DNA of 64,000 bases from assembly GCA_002431355.1 (NCBI GenBank), contig DJEQ01000041.1:35258-99257 (forward strand). The letters are read 5' to 3'. Below the pieces are notes generated by a model. That model was not told the DNA's origin, did no database searches, and was given only the letters and a program-made list of their open reading frames with translations. A program made the translations under genes and the position numbers. The stretch is from Oribacterium sp. UBA5894 (GTDB lineage Bacteria; Bacillota; Clostridia; Lachnospirales; Lachnospiraceae). Each line of letters begins with the position of its first letter. Position 1 is the stretch's first letter. This document shows, one piece after another, positions 9,095 through 18,643 of this stretch.

Positions 9095-10254
9095 TAATGC
9101 GTCCCCTGACTCAGCAGGGTTTCCTCATGCGTAGAGCTCGTCTCATGGGTAGCTGCACCTGCTTCTGTGCTGCTTTCCTCTGCACTGCTTTCCGGTGCAT
9201 TCGTCTCACTTTCTGCGTCATGACTTCCACTCTGCGTGGTGGACGACGCAGAGGAGGCATCTGTATTCCCATCACTCTCAGAAAGGGCTTCTGTTTCCGG
9301 AATTTTCTCTATGCGTACGGTGACATTGACTTCCGCATCCTGTCCATCTGCCAGCTCTACACCTGCAGGCAGGTACTGCGTAAGATCGAAGCTCACTGTT
9401 TTCGTCCCTGTTGCACCACTGATGTCGATCTTCGGAAGCTCAAAGACCGTCATGCCATCGATGATATAGGTGGAAGCCGCCAGCTCTACACTGGCAGGGG
9501 ATACCGCAGTGGATTCATACTGATAGCCGGCTGCCGGTGTACCCGTGACACTGGAAAGAAGGTTCACGGATTTTTCCTTATACAGCGTGACTGCATAGTG
9601 AATCGCACTGGTGGAAGCACTGACATTTTTTAAATCATAGAGCTCATTGCCGTTTGCATCATAGTATACAAGATCCGATACGCCATCCTCATTTTGAGAG
9701 ATCCCCTCCACATTGATATTGATGCCGACCGAGGATACACGCCCGATTTCAGACTCCGGACCACTGAGATAGACATATTCCGGGCTCATGATCACGCTGG
9801 AAACCTTATATCCGTTTTTCGGCGTTCCGGTCAGCGTATGCTTGATCTCAAATTTTTTCTCCTGAATGTTTTCAATAATAACGCGTGTGACGGTTGGGCG
9901 CACTGTCACATCACCTATAAGTTCATCTTTATCATTCAGTACATCAACATAAATGGGTACAGAGCCCGTGATACTGTAGTCCTTTAAATCAACATAGGCA
10001 TGAAAATCAGATGCGCTGATCATGGAGCGGCTGTTTGTACGAACGCTGTAGCTCACGGTCACACTGGTGCGATCGATTTCCCAGGATTTATTCTGTGATT
10101 CAAACGCGGACTGGTTTTCTACTTCGAGTGGTACGGTCTTTGTATCGGTTACCTCCGGATGAGATACATTGACAACCAGAAGCCAGAGGAGAAGGGCAAT
10201 GAGCAGACTCAGCACTTTCAGCCATAGATTATCTGTAAAGAAACGTTTCATCAT
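9094..10254 (-). CDS. cdaR: CdaR/YbbR regulator of diadenylate cyclase
   Basis: NLWLKVLSLLIALLLW TM anchor, repeated YbbR-like beta domains, Ser/Thr/Glu-rich tail; directly follows cdaA. Confidence 0.9.
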   Translation of the reverse strand: MMKRFFTDNLWLKVLSLLIALLLWLLVVNVSHPEVTDTKTVPLEVENQSAFESQNKSWEIDRTSVTVSYSVRTNSRSMISASDFHAYVDLKDYSITGSVPIYVDVLNDKDELIGDVTVRPTVTRVIIENIQEKKFEIKHTLTGTPKNGYKVSSVIMSPEYVYLSGPESEIGRVSSVGININVEGISQNEDGVSDLVYYDANGNELYDLKNVSASTSAIHYAVTLYKEKSVNLLSSVTGTPAAGYQYESTAVSPASVELAASTYIIDGMTVFELPKIDISGATGTKTVSFDLTQYLPAGVELADGQDAEVNVTVRIEKIPETEALSESDGNTDASSASSTTQSGSHDAESETNAPESSAEESSTEAGAATHETSSTHEETLLSQGTH

Positions 10255-11114
10255 TCCCGGCTTTCCTTTCGGTTTGTATGGAAGATTCGAAGGAAGGCAT
10301 TCTTATCTTCCGTCTTCTGCTCTCTGGTCGGAATCATGGCGCGAAGAGCCTCTGCATCCTGCGCCCGCTGAAGCTTTCCATGAGCAGCGACCGACACACG
10401 TCCGGTTTCCTCCGAAACCACAATGGTCACTGCATCGCTTGTTTCCGAAATCCCCAGTGCGGCACGGTGACGTGTTCCAAAGTCCTTTGAAATATCCGCA
10501 TCCGAAAGCGGCAGGTAGCAGGTCGCCGCCGTCACTGTGTCACCAACAATTGTTACCGCACCATCATGAAGTGGCGTGTTTTTTTCAAAGATATTGATGA
10601 GAAGTGCAGACGAAACAATTCCGTTAATACGAATGCCTGTATCTTCGATTTCCTTGAGCGACTGATTCTCCTTGATAACGATGAGTGCACCGGTCTTTTT
10701 CTTTGCCATTTCAAAGGTCGCACGAATAATTTCGTCTATGGTGTGCGTACTGGCGTCAGCGGCTCCATTATCCGGAATCAGGTTTGTGATAAAGTTTCGA
10801 CTGCCCAGCTGCTCAAGGGCCTTTCGAAGTTCTGGCTGAAAGATGACCACCGTAGCAATAATCGCTGCGGTTGAAATGCGTTCAATCAGCCACATGATCG
10901 TCGTCAGCTGAAGGATGGCGGCGGCTGTAATAAAGGCTGCAATAACAAGGAGGCCCTTCAGGAGCTCCCAGGCTCTCGTATTTTTGATCCAGAGCAGGAA
11001 CTCATAGACGAGTACTGCGAGGATGATGATCTCGAGAATATTGGTATAGCCAATGGGTGGCAGCAGGCTCACCCAGCTTTTCATTTTGTCCATCATACCT
11101 GACATTCGATTCAT
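10251..11114 (-). CDS. cdaA: Diadenylate cyclase CdaA
   Basis: Three TM helices; FQPELR, TPLHDGA and GTRHRAA motifs. Confidence 0.95.
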   Translation of the reverse strand: MNRMSGMMDKMKSWVSLLPPIGYTNILEIIILAVLVYEFLLWIKNTRAWELLKGLLVIAAFITAAAILQLTTIMWLIERISTAAIIATVVIFQPELRKALEQLGSRNFITNLIPDNGAADASTHTIDEIIRATFEMAKKKTGALIVIKENQSLKEIEDTGIRINGIVSSALLINIFEKNTPLHDGAVTIVGDTVTAATCYLPLSDADISKDFGTRHRAALGISETSDAVTIVVSEETGRVSVAAHGKLQRAQDAEALRAMIPTREQKTEDKNAFLRIFHTNRKESRE

Positions 11115-12013
11115 TCCTCATTTCTTGCTTTTAACTTCGGAACTGCCTTTACATCATAAAAATAATCATCGTCTTCAAAATGAAGCCGTTCGGTGCCCCT
11201 GTAATCCGCGCCGTGGAAGGCCAATGCATACAGGAAAGAAATCACGAGAGACAGAAAAAGGCTTACAAGTGTACTGCCAAGGGAAAAGGCAACACCCATA
11301 CGCGCTGCTCCTGCGGCAGATACGAGTAAAACAGAGCCAAGACCGATGAACAGTGCCACACTCCAGTTATACGAAAAGTCCAGCTGATGAAGAATGAAAA
11401 CCAGCAAAATGCAGACAGCAAAGGCCATGATGGAAATAAGCATGGCAGCATTCTGAAAATATCCCTCAAACAGGGAAACATAGGCACTCAGCATGGCGCT
11501 CAGATCCTCTGTGGATGAAAGAACACTGATTTCACTTGCTGCATACTGAATCAGATAGTACGCCATCACTCCGATGGATACCGGGACGATGGACATCAGC
11601 CCAAGGCTAAGTCCCGCAATCGCCGGAATAACATATGGAATATGCAGGTAAAAAAACAGTGGAATGAGCGCAATGAGGATGCCGTGGCCAGCCCGAAATG
11701 CAGATTGCACCAGTGCGAGAAGGAGAATCACAAAAGCTGAAAGAAGGCAAAGCCCCATCGAGAGTCCGTAGGCATTTCCGAGCACAAAAAGTCCAGAGAA
11801 CACCGTAATGGCTGTCCATGGCAAAAATGAGCAGAGTGCTGCGGCTGCGATGACAATCAGAAGACTTCCAAACATTGTACCGGAAGGAAGCTGAAGATGA
11901 ATCATAAAAAAGCAGAGAAAGCCTGTCAATGCCTTCAGTAGCGGTGTGACCCAATATTCATTCTTTGTATAGAACTGCTGCAATGCTTCTTTTACTTCAA
12001 TCAGCTGTGTCAT
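11111..12013 (-). CDS. Multi-pass membrane protein, unknown function
   Basis: Hydrophobic 300 aa with C-terminal FEDDDYFYDVKAVPK; overlaps the cdaA start. Confidence 0.8.
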   Translation of the reverse strand: MTQLIEVKEALQQFYTKNEYWVTPLLKALTGFLCFFMIHLQLPSGTMFGSLLIVIAAAALCSFLPWTAITVFSGLFVLGNAYGLSMGLCLLSAFVILLLALVQSAFRAGHGILIALIPLFFYLHIPYVIPAIAGLSLGLMSIVPVSIGVMAYYLIQYAASEISVLSSTEDLSAMLSAYVSLFEGYFQNAAMLISIMAFAVCILLVFILHQLDFSYNWSVALFIGLGSVLLVSAAGAARMGVAFSLGSTLVSLFLSLVISFLYALAFHGADYRGTERLHFEDDDYFYDVKAVPKLKARNEE

Positions 12014-12026
12014 TGTGTTTTCTACC

Positions 12027-12725
12027 TCATTGTTTTTTCTTGATTCTCATGAGCTGAATACCATCGTCGGAAGAATGTGTTTCATTCGGGAGAAGCTGCT
12101 CGTCCGTCACCGGATCATCAAGCCACCCCTCCTCTGGTGTCACCGGATCATCGAGCCACTCCTCTTCTTCTCCAGCCGAGTCGTCAGGCCATGCCGTATT
12201 CCTCTCTGCGGATGCAGGGGCGCTTACGAAAGTGCTTTTTACGTTTTCTTCTGTTACCGGGTTCGCTGACGTTGTCAGATTCACTGCCTGCTTCTCTGAA
12301 GGGGACGCTTCTGCCACTGGAGCAGGTGCTGCACCATGGTCTGCCTCCTCCATCTGCAGGAGCTTGTCCAGCTTCGCCATATAGTACAGGCTTTTCCGGT
12401 GCAGCTCATCATACGTTCGCGCATAACGAACATAGGTAAAAAGCAGCATCGCAGCCAGGCCAAGTACATACAGGAAGAGAAGGACACGAGCAGCGGCTGT
12501 AATGAACGGAATATTCAGGTGCATCAGAAGATTTTCCGTGTCCATCACCAGAACGAGTCCGACCAGCAGCAAAAAGCACAGCGTATAATGAACCAGCGCG
12601 CCGAACACCTTTCGGGAAATATAATCTCCTTTAAAATAGCTACTTACTTCCCGTATGGCCTTGCCTTCCTTTTTATCATACATCGAAAGCTTCGTCATGA
12701 GGCGAATTTTCTCAACATTCAGCAT
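12027..12725 (-). CDS. Two-TM membrane protein with an acidic disordered tail
   Basis: MLNVEKIRLMTKLSMYD N-terminus, two TM helices, tightly packed in the operon. Confidence 0.75.
   Translation of the reverse strand: MLNVEKIRLMTKLSMYDKKEGKAIREVSSYFKGDYISRKVFGALVHYTLCFLLLVGLVLVMDTENLLMHLNIPFITAAARVLLFLYVLGLAAMLLFTYVRYARTYDELHRKSLYYMAKLDKLLQMEEADHGAAPAPVAEASPSEKQAVNLTTSANPVTEENVKSTFVSAPASAERNTAWPDDSAGEEEEWLDDPVTPEEGWLDDPVTDEQLLPNETHSSDDGIQLMRIKKKQ
12106..12168. repeat. Two-copy 33 bp tandem repeat encoding EE(E/G)WLDDPVT
   Basis: gtcaccggatcatc(a/g)agccac at 12106 and 12139. Confidence 0.8.
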
Positions 12726-12728
12726 GAA

Positions 12729-14030
12729 TCAATACCCTCTTGCTTGTCTCGCACGCTCAGCGTACGGGGATTCCGGATGCGTTCCGATTATTTCATCAAA
12801 TAATGTATTTGCTTCGTCTGTTCGGCCAAGTGACTGGTAGAGACGCGCAAGCAGATACATGTTTTCGGGTTCCTTTCGAATGGCCAGACTCAGCGTATAC
12901 AGCTCCACTGCCTCATCGGTACTGCCACTGTTCCAGTCTGTGGTTGCCTGATCTGCGAGCTCCTGATAGATGGAGCCCTCCATTTCCGTCTTGATGCTCT
13001 CCAGCTGCTGCAGCATGGTCGCATCACTGATACTGCTCTGGTCAAGGCCTGTATACAGCTTCGCTGCCTGTACGGTATCGCCATTATTTAAGGCTGAACG
13101 GATCTGATTCAGCGCCTGATACTGTCCCATAAAGGAAGCATTGGCATTTTCAAACTGAGAAACCTGATCGGAAGCTTCCTGATACTGTGATTCCAGTGTG
13201 TCATAGGACTGCTTCAGCTCATTGTACTGACGGTTGGATGCATCCAGCTTTTCGGTATAGCTGATGAGCTCTCGATTATTGGATGCGTTCAGCGCCTTGG
13301 TTTTCGCCGGCATAATCAGAAGGTAAAAGGCCAAAAGCGCAAGAATGACACCCACAAAAATATATCCGATGACCATCCATGGTGATACCTGCTTCACCTC
13401 CTGTGGAATCAGAACATCATCATCCGTCATCTTTCGATGGGAGAAGGCATTTTTCAAGCGGCTCTGCTCTACTTCCTTTCGTCCTGTATTATGCTTTACC
13501 TCGTCCATCAGTACAAGTGCCTTCGGATTATTACGATCAATCTTCAATACAAGATAGAGGCTGCGCCCGGCTTTTACCCAGTCTTCTCTCTTCATATATA
13601 AAAGAGCCAGCAGAATATGGGCCTTGATATAATTTGGGCTGTCCTGAATCACCTGATTCAACTGCATGATGGCGAGATCTTCGTTGTTATTCTGTGCGTA
13701 GTCCAGGGCCTGATTATAGCGCTTGACATTATCCGAGCAGATCCGCAGAATGGCTGGCTTTCGCTGAACCTCATCAAGGTAATGATCAGCCACATTATTA
13801 TCTGGCAGAAGGTTCATGCTGATGACCCACTGCACCAGGGCATCCGCCGTTTCTCCGCATTCAAAGAAGATCAGCCCAAGAAGATTTCGAGCGTCCTTCT
13901 GATATTTATCAAATACAAGAGCCTTCTTCAGCAGCTCTGCCGCACCACTCAGATCGCGAAGACGTGCACGCTCCAGCCCGAGGTTATAGTAGCAGTTTGC
14001 AATCTGCTCCAGTGTTACATCATATTTCAT
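12729..14030 (-). CDS. Membrane-anchored TPR protein (N-terminal TPRs, TM, coiled coil, C-terminal TPR)
   Basis: ARNLLGLIF and AHILLALLY TPR patterns, central TM helix, heptad region, C-terminal TPR. Confidence 0.85.
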   Translation of the reverse strand: MKYDVTLEQIANCYYNLGLERARLRDLSGAAELLKKALVFDKYQKDARNLLGLIFFECGETADALVQWVISMNLLPDNNVADHYLDEVQRKPAILRICSDNVKRYNQALDYAQNNNEDLAIMQLNQVIQDSPNYIKAHILLALLYMKREDWVKAGRSLYLVLKIDRNNPKALVLMDEVKHNTGRKEVEQSRLKNAFSHRKMTDDDVLIPQEVKQVSPWMVIGYIFVGVILALLAFYLLIMPAKTKALNASNNRELISYTEKLDASNRQYNELKQSYDTLESQYQEASDQVSQFENANASFMGQYQALNQIRSALNNGDTVQAAKLYTGLDQSSISDATMLQQLESIKTEMEGSIYQELADQATTDWNSGSTDEAVELYTLSLAIRKEPENMYLLARLYQSLGRTDEANTLFDEIIGTHPESPYAERARQARGY

Positions 14031-14188
14031 CTGACACGCTCATCCTTTTTCTGTCCGATTGCCTCTTCAATCAGACCTGTCATGATATCGTTCATATCTG
14101 TCAGATCTACCTTGACAATGGCATCTTCAATCTGATCGACATCCAGGCTTGGCTTAAAGCGTTTGATTTCTTCTTCGTAATTAATCAT
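14027..14188 (-). CDS. Small acidic hypothetical protein (53 aa)
   Basis: MINYEEEIKRFKPSLDVDQIEDAI...; stop overlaps the TPR gene start (ATGA). Confidence 0.7.
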   Translation of the reverse strand: MINYEEEIKRFKPSLDVDQIEDAIVKVDLTDMNDIMTGLIEEAIGQKKDERVR

Positions 14189-14233
14189 TGTATTTCTGTC
14201 CGTCCATTCGTCTACTTGAAGTGATGCCTTTGC

Positions 14234-14262
14234 TTGACACAAAGGAAAGCAGTCGCTAGAAT
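14234..14262 (+). promoter_or_regulatory. Sigma-A promoter toward the COG2426 gene
   Basis: TTGACA-17 bp-TAGAAT. Confidence 0.6.
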
Positions 14263-14370
14263 CGGCTTTGTGCCAGGAAGCGGTTCGGCCTATGCTGACG
14301 ACTGTCGCGTTTCAGCATCTGCAGGAGTAAGACTCCAGAATGCATATAACGCCATTCAAATCATCAGTTA

Positions 14371-14399
14371 AGTCTATCACATTCCCCATAGGCATTCAA
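14371..14399 (-). promoter_or_regulatory. Sigma-A promoter toward the TPR-cdaA operon
   Basis: TTGAAT-17 bp-TAGACT with TG extended -10. Confidence 0.55.
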
Positions 14400-14439
14400 G
14401 AAAACTACATTACGAGATTATTAGGAATTGAGGTTTAAA

Positions 14440-14940
14440 ATGGAAGCACTTGTAAGTTTCGTTACCACTCACCTGAACGGTGTTCTTTCAAAGGAAGCCA
14501 TCGTCTTTATTATTTCACTCCTGCCGATTCTGGAACTTCGTGGAGGTCTTCTGGCAGCATCGGTGCTGAATGTTCCCTATTTTCACGCTCTGATTCTCTG
14601 TATCATAGGAAATCTCCTGCCCATTCCTCTGGTGCTTCTCTTTATTGAAAAGATTGTCGACGCATGCGAACACTTTTCACTGACACAGGGGATTGCGCGA
14701 TGGCTTCGAGCGAAGGTTGACAAGAATCAGGAGGCAATACAGAAATATGATTTCTGGGGTCTGGTGCTGTTCGTTGGTATTCCGCTTCCTGGAACAGGAG
14801 CCTGGACAGGATCTTTAGTTGCGAGCCTCCTGCACATGCCACGGAAGAAATCGTTTCTGGCAATCGTGGTCGGCGTGCTTCTCGCTTCCGTCATAATGTC
14901 GCTTGTCTCCTATGGTGTGCTTGGGGCCCTGATTCATTGA
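14440..14940 (+). CDS. COG2426 small multidrug-export family membrane protein
   Basis: LPILELRGG and FVGIPLPGTGAWTG motifs; GAGG RBS before ATG 14440. Confidence 0.9.
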   Translation: MEALVSFVTTHLNGVLSKEAIVFIISLLPILELRGGLLAASVLNVPYFHALILCIIGNLLPIPLVLLFIEKIVDACEHFSLTQGIARWLRAKVDKNQEAIQKYDFWGLVLFVGIPLPGTGAWTGSLVASLLHMPRKKSFLAIVVGVLLASVIMSLVSYGVLGALIH

Positions 14941-14946
14941 GAACTT

Positions 14947-14995
14947 AAAAATATCCTGAGTGGAACCATTTCTGCTTCCACTCAGGATATTTTTT
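14947..14995. terminator. Bidirectional intrinsic terminator
   Basis: Long perfect inverted repeat AAAAATATCCTGAGTGGAA/TTCCACTCAGGATATTTTT. Confidence 0.8.
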
Positions 14996-15090
14996 ATGCA
15001 CCTGTAAAAGCCCGACTTTGTATCCGGGTCTTTACAGGTGAGGGCTCTGAATCACGGAATCTGCGCTTCATGAAGGAAAGATTTAAACAT

Positions 15091-15122
15091 AAAAAAAGAT
15101 CGACTCTTTCGAATCGATCTTT
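15091..15122 (-). terminator. Terminator after tRNA-Leu
   Basis: AAAGATCGA/TCGATCTTT stem followed by T7. Confidence 0.7.
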
Positions 15123-15124
15123 CA

Positions 15125-15207
15125 TGCGGAAGAAGGGATTTGAACCCTCAAGAGTGTAACCTCACACGGACCTGAACCGTGCGCGTCTGCCGTTCCGCCA
15201 CTTCCGC
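15125..15207 (-). tRNA. tRNA-Leu (anticodon CAG); CCA not encoded
   Basis: GCGGAAG acceptor stem, CACGG-TTCAGGT-CCGTG anticodon arm, long variable arm, GGTTCAAATCC T-arm. Confidence 0.95.
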
Positions 15208-15217
15208 GAACTCGTAT

Positions 15218-15246
15218 ATAATAGCATGATGAGCTGCGCTCGTCAA
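15218..15246 (-). promoter_or_regulatory. tRNA promoter
   Basis: TTGACG-17 bp-TATTAT with TG extension. Confidence 0.65.
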
Positions 15247-15341
15247 GTGCTGTTTTGATTTTTTTTGATTTCTTTCCGTCCGGAAAAAATCGAGAATGAA
15301 ATGGATTCCACAGCTTACGCTTATGGGAAGCATACCTGTTC

Positions 15342-15374
15342 ATAAAGCCGACAGGTCTGGCCTGTCGGCTTTAT
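15342..15374 (-). terminator. Terminator after rplT
   Basis: ATAAAGCCGACAGG/CCTGTCGGCTTTAT perfect inverted repeat. Confidence 0.75.
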
Positions 15375-15380
15375 ATCGCA

Positions 15381-15737
15381 TTACTTTGTAAGGTTTGCCT
15401 TTGCAGTCTCTGCAAGCTTTGCAAATCCCTCTGGATCTGCAATTGCAATCTCTGAAAGCATCTTACGGTTCATGTCAATGCCGGCATTCTTCAGACCAAA
15501 CATGAACTTGCTGTAGGAAAGACCATTCAGTCTTGCTGCAGCATTGATACGAGCGATCCAGAGCTGTCTGAACTGTCTCTTTCTCTCCTTACGGCCTCTG
15601 TAGGACTCCGTAAGTGCTCTCATTACGCTCTGCTTTGCTACTCTATAGTGCTTGGAACGAGATCCTCTGTAGCCTTTAGCAAGCTTGAGTACTCTATTAT
15701 GCTTCTTCTTAGCGTTTAATCCGCCCTTAATTCTCAT
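15381..15737 (-). CDS. rplT: 50S ribosomal protein L20
   Basis: LAKGYRG and [13 protein letters not shown] motifs. Confidence 0.98.
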   Translation of the reverse strand: MRIKGGLNAKKKHNRVLKLAKGYRGSRSKHYRVAKQSVMRALTESYRGRKERKRQFRQLWIARINAAARLNGLSYSKFMFGLKNAGIDMNRKMLSEIAIADPEGFAKLAETAKANLTK

Positions 15738-15765
15738 TTTAATTTCCTCCTCTAAAGTCTACAAA

Positions 15766-15969
15766 TCAAAGATATGGAAGAATCTTCTTCATGGTCTTTA
15801 CGTTGGTCTGATCAAGGACAGTATCCTTGCGCAGGCTTCTCTTACGCTTCGTTGTCTTCTTGGTGAGAATGTGAGACTTGTAAGCCTTATTTCTTACAAG
15901 CTTTCCTGTGCCAGTAACTTTAAAGCGCTTAGCAGCAGCTCTCTTTGTCTTCAGCTTTAACTTTGCCAT
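15766..15969 (-). CDS. rpmI: 50S ribosomal protein L35
   Basis: [17 protein letters not shown] and HILTKK motifs. Confidence 0.98.
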   Translation of the reverse strand: MAKLKLKTKRAAAKRFKVTGTGKLVRNKAYKSHILTKKTTKRKRSLRKDTVLDQTNVKTMKKILPYL

Positions 15970-15986
15970 AACAGCCTCCTGTGATT

Positions 15987-16508
15987 TTACTTTTTCGGGC
16001 TAATAACAATCGCCATGTTTCTGCCTTCCACCTTCGCCGGCTTATCCAGAACTGCAATATCCTTTAACTGCTCAGCGAAATCGTCAAGAATGTACTTGGA
16101 CTGATTCATGCGTGACATTTCACGGCCTCTGAATCGAAGAGCAACCTTGACCTTGTTTCCCTTCTCAAGAAATTTACGGGCTGCAGAAAGCTTTGTGTTG
16201 AGATCGTTCTGATCGATATTCGGTGTCATACGAATCTCCTTCAGCTCAGTAACGCGCTGATTTCTCTTGGCTTCCTTTTCCTTACGCATCATCTCGTAAC
16301 GATACTTGCCGAAATCGGCGATCTTTACAACAGGCGGTGTGGCCGTCGGGGCAATCTTGATCAGATCAAGGTCCTTCTCCTTCGCCATCATGTAAGCGTC
16401 CTTCGAAGTCATAATGCCGAGCTGCTCGCCATCGGCCCCAATTACTCTTACTTCTCTGTCACGGATCTGCTCGTTGATTTCAATGCTTGCGTTTTTCTTA
16501 ATAGCCAT
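15987..16508 (-). CDS. infC: Translation initiation factor IF-3
   Basis: [25 protein letters not shown] and FRGRE motifs. Start is ATG 16508 or in-frame ATT two codons later. Confidence 0.95.
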   Translation of the reverse strand: MAIKKNASIEINEQIRDREVRVIGADGEQLGIMTSKDAYMMAKEKDLDLIKIAPTATPPVVKIADFGKYRYEMMRKEKEAKRNQRVTELKEIRMTPNIDQNDLNTKLSAARKFLEKGNKVKVALRFRGREMSRMNQSKYILDDFAEQLKDIAVLDKPAKVEGRNMAIVISPKK

Positions 16509-16538
16509 AAACTCCTCTCCACATACACGGTAGAATGC

Positions 16539-16665
16539 AAAAAAATGGCGGATTGTAAGCCAATCCACCATAATGAAAATACACGAAGTAATAATCAAAT
16601 ATGAACCCGGGTCAGTTCTGACTGCCAAGGTGAGGTGGATACCTACTTTCCTATGTCTTTGCGAC
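16539..16665 (-). ncRNA. L20 leader / attenuator of infC-rpmI-rplT
   Basis: 5' UTR with an AAGTAGGT..ACCTCACCTT element, ending in the terminator TGGTGGATTG-GCTTA-CAATCCGCCA-T7. Position is typical of Firmicute L20 leaders. Confidence 0.7.
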
Positions 16666-16671
16666 TTTCAA

Positions 16672-16700
16672 ATGTTACCATTCATTTCAATGGATGTCAA
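16672..16700 (-). promoter_or_regulatory. infC operon promoter
   Basis: TTGACA-17 bp-TAACAT with TG extension. Confidence 0.7.
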
Positions 16701-16749
16701 GCAGATTTCCTGCTTTTGAGAATAATTTTGCACAATGTATGTGTCAGGA

Positions 16750-17355
16750 TTATTCCGCGATTTCAGGGGCATCCATAATTTCATCAATGATTGTGTAAAT
16801 ATGTTCGAGTCCCTGCTTTGACTGAGAAGAGAACGGTATCATGGTACAGTTCTCTGTAGCGTGCAGGGCCTTCCGAATATCCGCTGTCTGCTTTTTCACC
16901 TGTGAACGCTTGATCTTATCTGCCTTTGTCAGAATCACAATCGGTTCAAAGCCGGTCACCTGCGTCACATAATCGAACATCTGTATATCCAGTTTCGAAG
17001 GATCATGGCGAATGTCTACAAAAAGAATAACCTCTTCAATATCATCCGAATTTTCGAGGTAGCGGTTGATCATCCGTCCCCACTTCTCCTGTTCAACGGC
17101 ACCGGTAGACGCATATCCGTAGCCTGGAAGATCCACAAGATAAAAGCGCCCGTTAATATTATAGAAATTAATCGTACGTGTTTTACCAGGTGTGGAGCTC
17201 GTACGCGCAAAGTTTTTCCGATTGAGAAAGGCGTTGATAAAAGAGGATTTCCCAACATTGGAGCGTCCCGCCATTACAAACTCAGGCTTTCCAGTGACCG
17301 GAAGCTCCGACTTCACACCGAGCACACGCTCCAGTTCAACGGAGGTAATTTTCAT
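16750..17355 (-). CDS. engB: Ribosome biogenesis GTPase YihA/YsxC
   Basis: [17 protein letters not shown] and TKADK motifs. Confidence 0.95.
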   Translation of the reverse strand: MKITSVELERVLGVKSELPVTGKPEFVMAGRSNVGKSSFINAFLNRKNFARTSSTPGKTRTINFYNINGRFYLVDLPGYGYASTGAVEQEKWGRMINRYLENSDDIEEVILFVDIRHDPSKLDIQMFDYVTQVTGFEPIVILTKADKIKRSQVKKQTADIRKALHATENCTMIPFSSQSKQGLEHIYTIIDEIMDAPEIAE

Positions 17356-18602
17356 ACTTGCTCCTTCACTGCGTTCTTTCGTACAATAACCGGCTCGCCT
17401 GATCCATCGACAACATCTGCTGTGATCTCTACAGACTGAATATCCGGCTCAGATGGTATCTCATACATGATATCCATCATCATATCCTCCATGATGGAAC
17501 GAAGGCCTCGAGCCCCGGTCTTCCGCTCAGCTGCCTTTTCGGCAATGGCGGTAATGGCTTCATCTGTAAACTTCAGCTCTACGCCATCAATTTCAAACAG
17601 CTTCTGATACTGCTTCACCAGTGCATTTTTCGGTGTTGTCAGAATCCGCTTCAGCGTTTCTGCATCATGCGACTGCAGTGTGACATCGACCGGTACACGA
17701 CCGATAAACTCAGGAATGAGCCCGAAACGTACCAGATCCTCCGGCTGTACCTGACGAAGCACATCATCGTAGTTGTCCCTGTTCTTTTCGACAAGATCTG
17801 CACCGAAGCCCATCGAGCCAGAGGCAATGCGCTTCTCTATGATATGCTCAAGTCCGTCAAATGCACCTCCACAGATGAACAGAATATTCGTCGTATCAAT
17901 CTGAATCAGCTCCTGCTGTGGGTGCTTTCGGCCGCCCTGTGGTGGAACGGAAGCCACTGTTCCCTCCAGGATCTTCAGAAGGGCCTGCTGTACACCCTCA
18001 CCAGAGACATCACGGGTAATGGAAACATTCTCCGATTTTTTCGTAATCTTATCGATCTCATCGATATAGATAATGCCGATTTCTGCACGTTTGATATCGT
18101 AATCAGCCGCCTGAATAAGCTTCAGAAGGATATTCTCAACGTCCTCTCCGACGTATCCTGCCTCCGTCAGTGCAGTGGCATCCGCAATAGCAAATGGAAC
18201 ACCCAGAATCCGTGCAAGGGTCTGCGCAAGATAGGTCTTTCCTGTACCTGTCGGTCCAATCATCAGAATGTTGGATTTCTGAACATCAATATCCTTGATT
18301 TTTGACGTGATACGCTTATAGTGATTATACACTGCGACAGAAAGAACCTTCTTGGCTTCGTCCTGTCCGATGACATATTCATCCAGGAAATCATGGATTT
18401 CCTTCGGCTTCAGAAGATGAAGATCGGATGCAGCCTCTTCTTCCTTCGGCTCTCCTGTCTCTTCATTCAATATCTCCTCACAGAGCTCAACACACTCATC
18501 ACAAATATAATTATTGTTTAAACCGGCAATCAGCTTATGTACCTGCTTCGCCGACTTTCCGCAAAAAGAACAGCGGATCTTGTCTTCTGGTTTCATCTGC
18601 AT
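17352..18602 (-). CDS. clpX: ATP-dependent Clp protease ATPase ClpX
   Basis: CSFCGK zinc finger; [18 protein letters not shown] and GARGLR motifs. Confidence 0.98.
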   Translation of the reverse strand: MQMKPEDKIRCSFCGKSAKQVHKLIAGLNNNYICDECVELCEEILNEETGEPKEEEAASDLHLLKPKEIHDFLDEYVIGQDEAKKVLSVAVYNHYKRITSKIKDIDVQKSNILMIGPTGTGKTYLAQTLARILGVPFAIADATALTEAGYVGEDVENILLKLIQAADYDIKRAEIGIIYIDEIDKITKKSENVSITRDVSGEGVQQALLKILEGTVASVPPQGGRKHPQQELIQIDTTNILFICGGAFDGLEHIIEKRIASGSMGFGADLVEKNRDNYDDVLRQVQPEDLVRFGLIPEFIGRVPVDVTLQSHDAETLKRILTTPKNALVKQYQKLFEIDGVELKFTDEAITAIAEKAAERKTGARGLRSIMEDMMMDIMYEIPSEPDIQSVEITADVVDGSGEPVIVRKNAVKEQV

Positions 18603-18643
18603 GAATTCAGTACCTCTCGATCTAGTATGTTCTGCAGCGCAGC

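Noticed and set aside
15122..15343. Short minus-strand ORFs over the tRNA
   Set aside because: The region is explained by tRNA-Leu and its promoter.
16508..16628. N-terminal extension of infC in the ORF track; likewise for serS, murE, the MacB permease and the COG0523 gene
   Set aside because: The extensions run through leader or promoter sequence; RBS position and homology support the downstream starts.
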